Shown: positions 1 through 10,059 of the stretch, piece by piece
Position numbering within the stretch: position 1 is the stretch's first letter
Layout of the letters: each line of letters begins with the position of its first letter
Virus record (IMG/VR): IMGVR_UViG_3300029507_000004
Location: 1-43,835 of that record
Length of the DNA: 43,835 bases
From: a virus
Strand: one strand, 5' to 3'
Made by a program: the position numbers and the translations under genes
Notes under the pieces: model-generated
Told to the model about the DNA's origin: nothing
Database searches by the model: none
What the model saw: only the letters and a program-made list of their open reading frames with translations

Positions 1-75
1 GGGTGTAGCTCAGTTGGTTAGAGCGCCTGCCTGTCACGCAGGAGGTCGCGAGTTCGACCCTCGTCACTCCCGCCA
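1..75 (+). tRNA. tRNA-Asp (GTC), 5' end truncated by about 2 nt at window edge
   Basis: Cloverleaf-like sequence with anticodon arm CTGCCTGTCACGCAG (anticodon GTC), T-arm GTTCGA, 3' CACTCCCGCCA. Confidence 0.93.
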
Positions 76-85
76 TTATTATAAC

Positions 86-161
<76 letters not shown>

Positions 162-179
162 GCAAAACTAAATAGATAT

Positions 180-263
180 GCGAGGATGGCGGAATTGGCA
201 GACGCGCTAGACTTAGGATCTAGTGTCCCAGACGTGAGAGTTCAAGTCTCTCTCTTCGCACCA
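180..263 (+). tRNA. tRNA-Leu (TAG)
   Basis: Class II tRNA; acceptor GCGAGGA/TCTTCGC, anticodon arm CTAGACTTAGGATCTAG (TAG), variable arm, CCA encoded. Confidence 0.95.
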
Positions 264-279
264 TAATTAGTATACCTTT

Positions 280-1674
280 TTATTTTAAATAGATTTTAAA
301 TTCTGGCGGCTTGCTTGAAATTAAATCTATTTTTTTTATTAGTAACTTAAACATATTATACAAATCTATTCTATCACTTTTATCCATGTCTTTCAATACT
401 GCTTTTAATGTTTCCAAATTACTATTATAATTTTTAGTAATCTTTTCTTCATCAATAACTTTTTGTAATTTATTTATTTTATCTGTAAAGTCATCTATTT
501 TACTTTTTGTTACTTGCATTTTTTCATCTAGGTCCTCTATTGTTATATAATCTTTAGAGTAAAGGTTTATATATTTTTTCCTCTCATCATTTACTTGTTT
601 CATGGAAGCTTTGTAGATCTCCATCTTATCATTTAAAATTTTATTTTCTGAATCAACTACATCATTAATTTCTTCCAGTTCCTTCATATCTAATAATGCT
701 TTTATAATTATATCTTCTGCCTTTTTATAAGCTATAGTTTTATAACAGTTCTTACAATAGTACCTTATCCTTATACTACCTTTGTTCATACTTGTATTTT
801 TATACATTTTTTCTCCACAAGTACATCTAATTAAACCAGAGAAAAGAATGACATTTTCTGATTGTATAACTCTTTTTTTAGTTGTAAGAATTTTTTGAAC
901 TGTATCAAATGTTTCTTCATCTATAATAGGGGGATGTTTTCCCTCAAATACATGATAAGATGAATTGATTTTTATTATCCCAGTATTTATATTTTTTTCT
1001 TTTTTCCCATATGTAAGCTTCCCTAAATAAAAAGGATTTTCTAATATCCATTTAATTGATCCAATAGGTTTATTAAAAGCCCTAGAAGTTTGTTTCAGTG
1101 AATGACTGCTTAAATAGTGAAAGAATATTGATTTAACCTCATTGGCTCCTTTTTCATCTACAACAATGTTATCATTTTCTTTTTTATATCCAAGTGGAAT
1201 ACTTCCACCTTGCCAAAGTCCATCTTTTATTCTTTGCCACTTGGAACTTTTAACCCTAGAAGAAATCTGCTTTCTTTCATATTCTCCTAAACTTGATTGA
1301 ATTTGGAAAAACAACATTCCTGTAGGTGTAGTTGTATCAAGTTCTGGCTGGGATATAGAAGTGAATTTTATCCCATTTTCTTCTAAAGAAAGTACAAAAT
1401 TAAGCATTGTAAGGGTTTTTCTTGAAATCCGAGAACTTTCAAAGACTACCAATACATCAAAGTTTTTTCTTGCAATCTCGTTTTGAAGTTCAATAAATCC
1501 ACTTCTATCATCGTTAGCTCCACTTTCTACATCTTCAAGTATTTTATATATTTCATATCCTTTTACACTACAGAAGTCCTCGCATTTCTTTTTTTGGTAT
1601 ACAAGGGAATCTCCTTCTTCTTGCATTACAGTACTTACTCTAGCATATATCAAAGCTTTCAATTGTTTCTTCAT
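280..1674 (-). CDS. Large serine recombinase / prophage integrase
   Basis: 464 aa; N-terminal resolvase motif ALIYARVSTVMQEEGDSLVYQ, recombinase domain, zinc ribbon (CTCG...CKNC), coiled-coil C-terminus; adjacent to tRNA cluster. Confidence 0.93.
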   Translation of the reverse strand: MKKQLKALIYARVSTVMQEEGDSLVYQKKKCEDFCSVKGYEIYKILEDVESGANDDRSGFIELQNEIARKNFDVLVVFESSRISRKTLTMLNFVLSLEENGIKFTSISQPELDTTTPTGMLFFQIQSSLGEYERKQISSRVKSSKWQRIKDGLWQGGSIPLGYKKENDNIVVDEKGANEVKSIFFHYLSSHSLKQTSRAFNKPIGSIKWILENPFYLGKLTYGKKEKNINTGIIKINSSYHVFEGKHPPIIDEETFDTVQKILTTKKRVIQSENVILFSGLIRCTCGEKMYKNTSMNKGSIRIRYYCKNCYKTIAYKKAEDIIIKALLDMKELEEINDVVDSENKILNDKMEIYKASMKQVNDERKKYINLYSKDYITIEDLDEKMQVTKSKIDDFTDKINKLQKVIDEEKITKNYNSNLETLKAVLKDMDKSDRIDLYNMFKLLIKKIDLISSKPPEFKIYLK

Positions 1675-2097
1675 TTTTTAACCTCGCTAACTGTTTTAAT
1701 CTTATTTCTTTTATTATGTTAACAATCACTTTCTTATTAGTCATCTTCCCTACCTCCTCCTAATCTTGATTTATTATTAAAATTGCTGGACCTGTTTTCT
1801 GTATTCTTGCTTTACCATCAATATATACAGCAAAAGGTTCATAGGGATCAATATATGCTGTTACTATTCCTTTTCTTTTTGTTAATTCTTCTGTAAGTTC
1901 TTTAGTAGTATATTCATTTAATTTTTTATCCATTAATCTTCCTCCTTATCATTAAAAATAATTCCACCATTCAATAAAGCAATATAATTAACTAATTCTA
2001 ATAATTGTTCTTTAGAAAGACTGTTGATTTCGTTTATTTGTTCAGTCCAAAAGATAGCTTTATGCTTATAATCTTCTTTCAGTTTTCTAACTGTCAT

Positions 2098-2394
2098 TTA
2101 GTCCTCCTCATGTTTCCAAGTTATTATAAAAAAGTCTTCATATTCTGTAACATCAGTTACTTTTCTTACGAAACTTTCACCTATGTTTATAGCTAATTGT
2201 ATTTCAATTTCTAATTCTGTTATTATATTTTTATTAAATTTTTGTAATATGTCTAATCTTTTGTCATTGGTAAGTGACATCAAATATTTTTTTCTTAATG
2301 TATTATTTTTTATTCCACTTTTTTCTTTTATGTAATAACTAGGTAAAGACTTAAAACTTACTCTTTCCATTTTTATTCTCCTATCTTCAAACAA
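2098..2394 (-). CDS. Hypothetical early phage protein
   Basis: 98 aa ORF in a compact minus-strand operon. Confidence 0.6.
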   Translation of the reverse strand: MFEDRRIKMERVSFKSLPSYYIKEKSGIKNNTLRKKYLMSLTNDKRLDILQKFNKNIITELEIEIQLAINIGESFVRKVTDVTEYEDFFIITWKHEED

Positions 2395-2669
2395 TCTGAT
2401 CTATCAGTACTTTCAACAGCAATAAGCATTTCCCAATATTTAGATTTTCTTTTCAAAGATTTTACTCTTCCAGTTATTTTTCCTCTTATAAATTGCTTTA
2501 CTACAATTTCTCTCCCTAAATTAAGAGGCTTTTTTTCTGTAAACATAGGAAACTCTCCATTATCAAAATGTACCCATGTAAAATCATGTGGGAGCAAGAT
2601 GATATTATTATTTGTTAATCTTTTTATATATTTTTTAGTATTTTTTTTATTCATTTTATCTCTCCTCAT
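2373..2669 (-). CDS. Hypothetical early phage protein
   Basis: 98 aa ORF in the minus-strand early operon, overlapping its neighbours slightly. Confidence 0.6.
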   Translation of the reverse strand: MRRDKMNKKNTKKYIKRLTNNNIILLPHDFTWVHFDNGEFPMFTEKKPLNLGREIVVKQFIRGKITGRVKSLKRKSKYWEMLIAVESTDRSDCLKIGE

Positions 2670-3177
2670 TTAACATTTTTTCAACTTTTTCAATATCTTC
2701 TTTAGTGTGTGGAATTCCACCTGCATTAATTCCAAGATACCACTTTAAAACTTCTTTTTTAGTCTTTAAATTGTTTATATTAATTCTTATCCAGCCTAGT
2801 TCAAAAGTATCTTCTATTTCTTTAAAGTAATAACCAAAAACCTTAATTTCATTATCAAGAAATTTTCTAAAAGCTTCTAATCTTTGTTGGCCATCAACTA
2901 TAACTATTTCGTGATCTTCATTATTATTAAAACTATCCCAAGCAGGACAATTAAAATATAGAACCCTTCCAGATTGTCCCCCTTTAATAAAATATTCCAG
3001 ATAATCTATACATCTTTGATTGTCCCAAACTAAATTTCTTTGAAAATTTGGGGAAAGATTGAGAGTAAAACCACCATTTTTAAGACTTTCTAAATATTTA
3101 AAAATTCTATCAATTGCTATATCTGTTTGATATCCATTGCTTATAACGAATTTATCAATTTTATCTCTTATTTTCAT
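2656..3177 (-). CDS. Stand-alone DUF262 (ParB/GmrS-N-like) domain protein
   Basis: 173 aa; FSPNFQRNLVWDN and IVDGQQRLEAFRKFL motifs typical of DUF262. Confidence 0.8.
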   Translation of the reverse strand: MKIRDKIDKFVISNGYQTDIAIDRIFKYLESLKNGGFTLNLSPNFQRNLVWDNQRCIDYLEYFIKGGQSGRVLYFNCPAWDSFNNNEDHEIVIVDGQQRLEAFRKFLDNEIKVFGYYFKEIEDTFELGWIRININNLKTKKEVLKWYLGINAGGIPHTKEDIEKVEKMLNEER

Positions 3178-3287
3178 TTAAAACTCCTTTTCAATCTCCT
3201 TTTTATCCATTCCCAGAAGTTTAACTGAACTCCTGAATAACTATTGTAAGTATTTCCATATTTTTTAACTTTTCTCATGTACTCCCC

Positions 3288-3521
3288 CTAAATTTCTCTC
3301 ATTCTTATATCTTTAAATTTTATTTTAGTGTTTTTTAACTTTTTATATATAATTGCTCTTATTGTTTCTGTATCAGCTTTTAAGTCAATTGTTAGGGATA
3401 TATTGGTTAAAATATTTTCAATTGTCATTCTTTCTTTTTCTGTTTTAGGTGGAAATGCTTCATTTCTTCTATTTATGAGATATATTTTATATTCTTTATT
3501 ATTTAATTTCAAAATAGACAT
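3288..3521 (-). CDS. Hypothetical early phage protein
   Basis: 77 aa ORF in operon context. Confidence 0.5.
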   Translation of the reverse strand: MSILKLNNKEYKIYLINRRNEAFPPKTEKERMTIENILTNISLTIDLKADTETIRAIIYKKLKNTKIKFKDIRMREI

Positions 3522-3566
3522 TTATTATATTCTCCTTTCCTAAATTTTTTTATTTTCCCATTTTTA

Positions 3567-3797
3567 TTAAAATTGGGAAAGGTTAAACAAAGATTCTTTA
3601 CTATTAATTTTTCTTAGTTCATCAGCTCTTTTTTTATAGTTTCTATAAAATTCAGTTTTAGATATTCCAAGTCTTTCTATCAAAATACTATTTTTAATTT
3701 CATAATTGATCCGACATAGCCTTTCTGATTCTGCCATCTTCTTTTTTCTCTTTCTTATAGATTTTTTATAGAGTATTCCCGACTTTCTCTCTCTCAT
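3567..3797 (-). CDS. Hypothetical early phage protein, possibly DNA-binding (HTH-like)
   Basis: 76 aa; ILIERLGISKTEFYRNYKK resembles a helix-turn-helix. Confidence 0.5.
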   Translation of the reverse strand: MRERKSGILYKKSIRKRKKKMAESERLCRINYEIKNSILIERLGISKTEFYRNYKKRADELRKINSKESLFNLSQF

Positions 3798-3951
3798 TTA
3801 CAACCTCTCTGAAAAGTCCATAATATCTGTTTTTTCCATTTCCATTTAAGCCATCAAGAATTTCTCTAGCTTCTTCTATATTTTTTACTGTTCCAATTAC
3901 TTCCTCATCTACAAATCTTTTTATTTCAAGTTTAAATGTCATATTATTCTC

Positions 3952-4263
3952 CTAGTTTATTTTTTTATATTTTTGTAGACAAGTAGGTAAATATTCACAT
4001 TTTTGGCATTTGCTACTATTTGCATCAAATTTATGTTTATTATCTTCGGTATAAGTTTCACTAACGATAACATTTTTAGCTTGGAAAATATTTTCTGGTA
4101 CTTTTTCTCCAGTTAAAAAATTAATTAAATCAGCAGCTAAAATTTGCCCTATTTTATCAACATTTGATGGAAGAACTTTAAAATTGTGTTCAGATGACAA
4201 AGTTATTTCTTTACTGTTAATAATCTCAAATTCAAATGTTGCTTTAAATTTTTTCTTTTCCAT
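3952..4263 (-). CDS. Hypothetical protein with C-terminal Cys cluster
   Basis: 103 aa; C-x2-C-x5-C pattern (KCQKCEYLPTC). Confidence 0.5.
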   Translation of the reverse strand: MEKKKFKATFEFEIINSKEITLSSEHNFKVLPSNVDKIGQILAADLINFLTGEKVPENIFQAKNVIVSETYTEDNKHKFDANSSKCQKCEYLPTCLQKYKKIN

Positions 4264-4411
4264 GTTTTTTTACTCTCCTTTTGTTATAAGTTTAAATTTT
4301 ATTTTTTCTTCTGGTTTATAATGTTTCTGTATACCTTTTAATATTTTAGTTATTACCTCTTTATTTTCAGCAGTAACTATTTTTTCTGTTCCTTTTAAAA
4401 TAGAGTGCATA

Positions 4412-4981
4412 TTATCCCTCCAATATCTTCATTAAGATTTTTGCTAGTTCCCTAGTAGCTTTAATATCTGCTAGTGCATCATGTGAATTTTCTAGTTCAA
4501 TACCAAAGTAATTACACCAAGTTATTAATTTATTATTTTCTAATATAGGCAATTTATCAACTAATTGCAGGGCTTGTATTACAGCTAGAGTATCAAACAT
4601 CAGTTTAAAATTTATCCAGCTTCCTAGATACTTATTACCTAATCTTGTATAAAATTCATAAAGCTTTTGGAAGTCAAATTTTATATTCTGCCCAACTAGA
4701 ATATATTTGTCATTTCTATCAAACTTGCTACAATACTTTTCAAAGATACTTTCCATTTCCCAGAGTGCTTCTTTAGGCTTTTGGTAGCTGTTTATAATAT
4801 CCAATGTCATTCCTGTTACTTCTAAAGCTTTTTCGCTGATATCGGCGTTGGCATGAGGTTTACATCTAATATTAAATTCTTCTTTAACCTCTCCATTTAT
4901 TTCAATTATTCCTGCAAACTGGATCACTGCCGAATTGGCACTTATTCCTGTAGTTTCTGTATCAAGATATAAAATTTTCAT
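4412..4981 (-). CDS. DnaQ/PolC-type 3'-5' exonuclease
   Basis: 189 aa; ILYLDTETTGIS, GQNIKFDF and NSHDALADIKATRELAKIL (ExoI/II/III) motifs. Confidence 0.88.
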   Translation of the reverse strand: MKILYLDTETTGISANSAVIQFAGIIEINGEVKEEFNIRCKPHANADISEKALEVTGMTLDIINSYQKPKEALWEMESIFEKYCSKFDRNDKYILVGQNIKFDFQKLYEFYTRLGNKYLGSWINFKLMFDTLAVIQALQLVDKLPILENNKLITWCNYFGIELENSHDALADIKATRELAKILMKILEG

Positions 4982-5796
4982 TATTTCTCTTCTCCTTTTT
5001 CTTCTTCTGGTTTATTTTGTTTCTCTTTTTCTTGCTGCTCTTTTATTACTTTCAGTTCTTTATAAACTTTTTTACATACTGTAAAAGTAGAATCTGGAAG
5101 ATTTTTTATATTATCTCTTTCCATTATTGTCATAAGTTCCTCATCTATTTCTAAAGCAGTTATTGCTTTTATACATTCTTCTTTTCTTTTTTCAATTCCT
5201 TCAGCAATAGTTTTAATATTTTCTATAATTTTATTTGCATGTGCTATTGTAAGATCTTTCATAGATTTAACATTGTAATCTTTAAAAATAACACATTCTA
5301 AATCACTTTTTCCTATTTTTAATTCTCCAGCAGTAGCAAAAATTTTACTTAATTGATTTTGTGTAGCTAGTTTATCCTTTTGTGGTTTATTTTCTTCAGG
5401 AGCTTTTGGTTTGTCTAGGTCTTGTGCATCAATAACATCACCATCAGTTATCTCAAAAGCTACTAGGAAAAGATATCTTCTAAGGTATGTGATAGTTCCT
5501 CCAAGATTTTGTATTTCTGTTGCTCCCTGTACCTTACTTGGAACATAAGGAATATCAAAAATTATTTTTTCTTCTGGCTTATCAAAATCAAAAATATTTA
5601 AGATTGCTTTTTTTCCTTCTGTATCCAATTCAAATTTTGTACAAATTCCAAGTTCTAAATTTATTTTATTTAAAGAGGGCAGGAAGTCTGCTAATTCATA
5701 GTATTTAAAGTTAGCAAATTTATTAAAACCACTTTTAGTAAGCTTGGTTTCTTGTAATTTTACCCTTGCTTCAGCTATTTTTTTATATATGCTCAT
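4981..5796 (-). CDS. erf: ERF-family single-strand annealing protein
   Basis: 271 aa; GFNKFANFKYYELADFLPSLNK and GGTITYLRRYLFLVAFEI typical of ERF recombinases. Confidence 0.85.
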   Translation of the reverse strand: MSIYKKIAEARVKLQETKLTKSGFNKFANFKYYELADFLPSLNKINLELGICTKFELDTEGKKAILNIFDFDKPEEKIIFDIPYVPSKVQGATEIQNLGGTITYLRRYLFLVAFEITDGDVIDAQDLDKPKAPEENKPQKDKLATQNQLSKIFATAGELKIGKSDLECVIFKDYNVKSMKDLTIAHANKIIENIKTIAEGIEKRKEECIKAITALEIDEELMTIMERDNIKNLPDSTFTVCKKVYKELKVIKEQQEKEKQNKPEEEKGEEK

Positions 5797-5804
5797 AAAT
5801 CCTC

Positions 5805-6122
5805 CTATGTATAAAAAATTTTTAATTCATTATGTATTCTTTTTAATAGTTCTTTATCTCTTGTATAATCTCTAAGAGTGTAATCAGGATCATCTTCCAT
5901 TTCCTCTTCTACTGTCACTTGCTTATATTTGTTTTTTAACCATTTATAGCTATCTCTAGCTATAAGAGAAACAATTCTTCTTTTAACATCTTCTGGGAGA
6001 TAAGAATTTCTTACTTCACCATTTCCTACATCCACCCACCCTGTTTTACCAGAGTTATATTTAATTCGAATAGAAATTATATTTGTTGTATAATTTGCTG
6101 TTGTTATATCTATAATTTCCAT
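5805..6122 (-). CDS. Hypothetical early phage protein
   Basis: 105 aa ORF in operon context. Confidence 0.5.
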   Translation of the reverse strand: MEIIDITTANYTTNIISIRIKYNSGKTGWVDVGNGEVRNSYLPEDVKRRIVSLIARDSYKWLKNKYKQVTVEEEMEDDPDYTLRDYTRDKELLKRIHNELKIFYT

Positions 6123-6417
6123 TTTTATCCCTCCTAATTAATATAATTATTTGTGTGATATGCTTTAAATTTATCAGTACCAAATATTTCATCAGTTAAA
6201 CCTTCACTTTTAGAATGTTTATAAATAGCTTCATATCTCCAAATTCCTTCTCGCCACTTAACTTTTGTAGTATGCTTAGGCTTTCTTTTTCTATTCCAAG
6301 CTTTCATATTTCCCCCTTCTATACTTTATTAACAGGTTGGCAGTTGCCTGTTACAACTTCGCTTGTATTAAGTTCTTAATAAGTTCTCCAAGTCATTATT
6401 GGAAAACCTATAAAAAT

Positions 6418-6663
6418 TTAATCATTTATTTTTAACTGTTCTTTTAGCTTTATAATATGCTTGCTATCTACTTTTTTATCTTTTTCATTTTTATTTGTTA
6501 TTAGAATAAATTTTTGTTCTTCTGGAGAAAAGTTACAATCATTTATAGGGTCATAGAATTTATCTCCTTTTTTACCTATATACAAGCTTCCAACTTCTCC
6601 ATCTCCATATTCTCGAAGCAGCCAGTCACACATTTTTTTAAGTTCAGAAATTTTTATACTCAT
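6418..6663 (-). CDS. Hypothetical early phage protein
   Basis: 81 aa ORF with an upstream GGGAGG ribosome-binding site. Confidence 0.5.
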   Translation of the reverse strand: MSIKISELKKMCDWLLREYGDGEVGSLYIGKKGDKFYDPINDCNFSPEEQKFILITNKNEKDKKVDSKHIIKLKEQLKIND

Positions 6664-6664
6664 G

Positions 6665-6739
6665 TTACCTCCCAGCTACCCAGAGAACAAAAGCATATAT
6701 ACAAGCATAAGTTAATCCCAATAGCACAAATCTTTCCAT
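6665..6739 (-). CDS. Tiny single-TM peptide MERFVLLGLTYACIYAFVLWVAGR
   Basis: Read manually; 24-codon ORF packed between neighbours; hydrophobic. Confidence 0.35.
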   Translation of the reverse strand: MERFVLLGLTYACIYAFVLWVAGR

Positions 6740-6897
6740 TATATCAAGCCCCCGTTTCTGGCAGCTACAGGGTCAATTCCTAACACTCTTCCAAGTTCTT
6801 TGTACAGTTCATTTGTATTACTGCTAATAATTACCTTTAAAGTTCCATCTAGCATAAAATTACATATATATTTCCCATTCTTAATTCTTATTTTCAT
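6739..6897 (-). CDS. Small early protein MKIRIKNGKYICNFMLDG...RNGGLI, first gene of leftward operon
   Basis: Read manually; 52 aa, AGGGGA ribosome-binding site upstream; overlaps the next ORF. Confidence 0.5.
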   Translation of the reverse strand: MKIRIKNGKYICNFMLDGTLKVIISSNTNELYKELGRVLGIDPVAARNGGLI

Positions 6898-6928
6898 ATT
6901 TCCCCTCCTAATATTTTAATTTAATATT

Positions 6929-7045
6929 TTTATACAAAAAGTATAAATTATATTTAAAAAAATTTAAGCTTTCAAAATTTCTTTATATGTTTATTATACA
7001 AAAAGTATAAAGAAAAGTCAAATAGTTTTTTACAAATTGTATAAT
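6929..7045. promoter_or_regulatory. Repressor/early-gene intergenic control region with three operator-like repeats
   Basis: TTATAC-AAAAA-GTATAA at 6930-6946 and 6995-7011; imperfect TTTTAC-AAATT-GTATAA at 7029-7045. Confidence 0.7.
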
Positions 7046-7101
7046 AAATATTATAATATATAAAATAAGAAGTAAAATACGATAGGAGGTAAGTTTAATA
7101 A

Positions 7102-7554
7102 ATGGAAAAAAATGAATTTGGAAAATTCCTTAAAGAATATATGGACAATCATGGATATAAACTTGAAGCATTTGCAGCAGAAGTAGGCTATTCTTTTGGA
7201 CTTATAAGTCACTATATCAATGGAAGAAGGAGCCCTTCATATAAATTTATTAATACCTTCTTTAAAAAATTTAGATTATCAGAAAAAGAAAAAATAAAGA
7301 TATTGGAAATATTAAAACAAGATAAATTACCAGAAGAAATCAACGAATTGGAAAAAAGAATAGATAATTTCTCAGAGGACGCTCGAATTCAAAATTTAAA
7401 TTCTAAAACTAGAAAACAGTTTGATGAATTTTTAGAAGAAGCAATTTTGATGTTTAATGATGAAAAAATAGATGATGAAGATAAAGAAAAACTCATTGAA
7501 TCTTTAAAAGAGGTATTTTTTAAAGCTAAAGAACTAAATAAGAGAAAAAAATAA
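7102..7554 (+). CDS. Phage repressor, XRE-family HTH
   Basis: 150 aa; KLEAFAAEVGYSFGLISHYINGRRSPSYKFINTF helix-turn-helix; divergent from the early operon. Confidence 0.85.
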   Translation: MEKNEFGKFLKEYMDNHGYKLEAFAAEVGYSFGLISHYINGRRSPSYKFINTFFKKFRLSEKEKIKILEILKQDKLPEEINELEKRIDNFSEDARIQNLNSKTRKQFDEFLEEAILMFNDEKIDDEDKEKLIESLKEVFFKAKELNKRKK

Positions 7555-7567
7555 TCTGGGAGATTTT

Positions 7568-7969
7568 ATGAATATAAAAAAGAAAGTTGATAGTTTGGTA
7601 AAAAAATATGAAACTAGAAATCCTTTTTTATTGTGTAAATACTTAAAAATAACTGTACTTTTTTTAGAACTCGGTAAAACTAAAGGATATTTTAAAAAAA
7701 CACTTAGAAAAAAATTTATAATAATAAATAATGAATTATCTGAATTCGAAAAGAAAATAGTATGTGCTCATGAATTGGCTCATGCAATTTTGCATAGTTC
7801 TAATGATATGAAATTCATGTTAGATAATGATGTTATCTGTAAAAGGAATGTTTTAGAAATAGAAGCTAATGAGTTTGTAAAATTTTTATTAATTGAAGAT
7901 ATGGAATTTGAAGATAGAATAGAATTAAAACATATAAAAAATGAACTATTAAGTGAAATATTTGAATAA
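7568..7969 (+). CDS. ImmA/IrrE-family metallopeptidase
   Basis: 133 aa; CAHELAHAILHSS zinc-binding motif plus downstream EIEANEFVKFLL; adjacent to the repressor. Confidence 0.85.
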   Translation: MNIKKKVDSLVKKYETRNPFLLCKYLKITVLFLELGKTKGYFKKTLRKKFIIINNELSEFEKKIVCAHELAHAILHSSNDMKFMLDNDVICKRNVLEIEANEFVKFLLIEDMEFEDRIELKHIKNELLSEIFE

Positions 7970-8164
7970 AATAAATATTAAAATTAGAAAAGCTTAGTGA
8001 TGAAGGAAAATATAAAAAAGATGAGAAGTTGTTAGAAGAGATGAGGAAGATTATAAAGCCCTGAGAAGATGGGGGAGTAAAATAAATTAAATAGAATTAA
8101 GAAGCAATTGCAAAATATAAAAAAAGAACATTGTAAAAAATATAAAACAGTAAAGGAGATATTT

Positions 8165-9829
8165 ATGGAATTTGAAGAATTTATAGTAAAAAATTTGAGT
8201 GAAGAAAATATTCCAATATTATTTATCGGTTCTGGTTTTACAAAAAGATACTGTAGAATAAATGATTTACCACCTCCAGACTGGGAAGAACTATTAAAGC
8301 AAATTGTAAAAGCTTATAGTACAAAAGAATTTGAATATAATCTTTTAAAAAATGAGGTATTAGAAGAAATAAAGGAAGGGACAATAAAAGAAGTTCCAAA
8401 AGCAATAATTTATCAAAAATTAGCTACTAAAATAGAAAAAAAATTCAATGTTAAAGCTCTTTCAGAGGAACTTTTAGATAAAGATTTAGAAAAGGAAATA
8501 TTAGAAATTTATAGAAAAAACACTGATTTATCTCCTATGAAAATTTATATTTCAATTTTCTTTTCAAAACTAAAGATAACAGAAGATCCTGTTTTATTAG
8601 AAGAATTAAAAAAACTTAATATAATTTCAAAAAAATCATTTATTATTTTAACTACGAATTATGATCAGTTTTTAGAAAGTATATTTAAAGAATATGATGT
8701 AGTAAAAGGGCAAGAATTAATCACAAGCTCTACCATCGGGAATATTTTTAAAGTCCATGGTTGTGTTACAAGTCCAGAAACTATTATTATAACTGAAGAA
8801 GACTATGAAAAAATAAGAACTCGACAAAAAGTTATGAATGCACGATTAGTTACTTTTTTTGCAGAACATCCTGTTTTTTTCTTAGGTTACTCATTGGATG
8901 ATTTGAATATACAAGAATTTATGAATCAAGTATATTATTCTTTTTCCGATAACACAGAAGCGATAAAAAAAATATCTGAAAAATTTTTAGTTGTTGAATG
9001 GGAAAAAAATCAAAAAAATACAATCGTTGAAAATGCTACTTTAATGAAAGAATATAAAATGCCATTAAAAAAAATGGAAACAGATAACTTCAAGAAAATT
9101 TTTGAGGGTTTGGATAAATTGAAAATAAATGTAAGTATAAAAGAGTTGAAAGCTGCTGAAGGAGTCCTTGCATTAGCTTTAAAAGGAAACAAGGAAAAAA
9201 ATTTAAAGTTTGTTAATTTTATAGATATTTCAAGGTTAGATAAAAATAAGTTATTAGATCGTGATGTTGTTGTAGGTTATGGTACACAACTTTTAAATTG
9301 TATATATAATGGGCAATTAAATGCCTTTCAAATTATAGAATATAAAAAAAAGGATATTATTATTGATTCAGAAGATTTTATGAAAGTATATCTTCCTGAT
9401 TTGAAAAAAAGAAATACTAATGGAGTGATTCCATTTTTTTACTATCTTAAAGACTGCTATAATGAGCTAGAAAATTTTGATGAAGAAGTCATTTTAGCAT
9501 TGCTAGTAGTATACAAAAGATTAAAAAAATGTATCGATAAAATTAAAGTTTATAAACCTCAGAACGAATATAGAACTATAACAGAAATAGAGAAAAATGT
9601 TATTCATAAATCTCATAAAATGAACCAAATACTATATATGTACTATAACAATACTCTTTTTAATGAAGATGTAAGAAAACATGTACATGCAAAGTTAGCA
9701 GAAAACAACGATTCGATAGATTCTTATTTAAAGAAATTAATAGCTTTATATGACATGAAAGTATATTCAAGCCAAGAGATGATATCAAAATTAGATAAAT
9801 TATTAATTGACAGGGAAGAAAAAATATGA
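8165..9829 (+). CDS. SIR2-domain protein, candidate anti-phage defence effector
   Basis: PILFIGSGFTKRYC, FIILTTNYDQFLESIF, VHGCV, FFLGYSLDD motifs; start moved to 8165 (MEFEEFIVKNL) because AAGGAG lies just upstream. Confidence 0.82.
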   Translation: MEFEEFIVKNLSEENIPILFIGSGFTKRYCRINDLPPPDWEELLKQIVKAYSTKEFEYNLLKNEVLEEIKEGTIKEVPKAIIYQKLATKIEKKFNVKALSEELLDKDLEKEILEIYRKNTDLSPMKIYISIFFSKLKITEDPVLLEELKKLNIISKKSFIILTTNYDQFLESIFKEYDVVKGQELITSSTIGNIFKVHGCVTSPETIIITEEDYEKIRTRQKVMNARLVTFFAEHPVFFLGYSLDDLNIQEFMNQVYYSFSDNTEAIKKISEKFLVVEWEKNQKNTIVENATLMKEYKMPLKKMETDNFKKIFEGLDKLKINVSIKELKAAEGVLALALKGNKEKNLKFVNFIDISRLDKNKLLDRDVVVGYGTQLLNCIYNGQLNAFQIIEYKKKDIIIDSEDFMKVYLPDLKKRNTNGVIPFFYYLKDCYNELENFDEEVILALLVVYKRLKKCIDKIKVYKPQNEYRTITEIEKNVIHKSHKMNQILYMYYNNTLFNEDVRKHVHAKLAENNDSIDSYLKKLIALYDMKVYSSQEMISKLDKLLIDREEKI

Positions 9830-9933
9830 TATTCTAAATCATATAACAAGTGTTGTGACAAGCACTATAAACTAGGTCACTTTCGGAGTATATGGAACTT
9901 CGTTAAAAAGAATCCATGGTGTTAATTGGTAGG

Positions 9934-9980
9934 ATAATAGAGATAACATTTTCGCGGAATGTTGTCTCTATTATTTTTTT
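9934..9980 (+). terminator. Intrinsic terminator downstream of the SIR2 gene
   Basis: ATAATAGAGATAACATT-loop-AATGTTGTCTCTATTAT followed by a T-rich run. Confidence 0.75.
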
Positions 9981-10059
9981 ATCAACATTGTTTTCTTTTA
10001 TATCCAATTCAACAATAATTTTATTTAACCCATCGCACTTTAAATAGTGTGATTTTTTA

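Noticed and set aside
7970-8104. Possible remnant peptide KLEKLSDEGKYKKDEKLLEEMRKIIKP between the ImmA-like and SIR2 genes
   Set aside because: No start codon and too short to distinguish from an AT-rich spacer.
9010-9192. 60-aa antisense ORF
   Set aside because: Entirely inside the SIR2 coding region.
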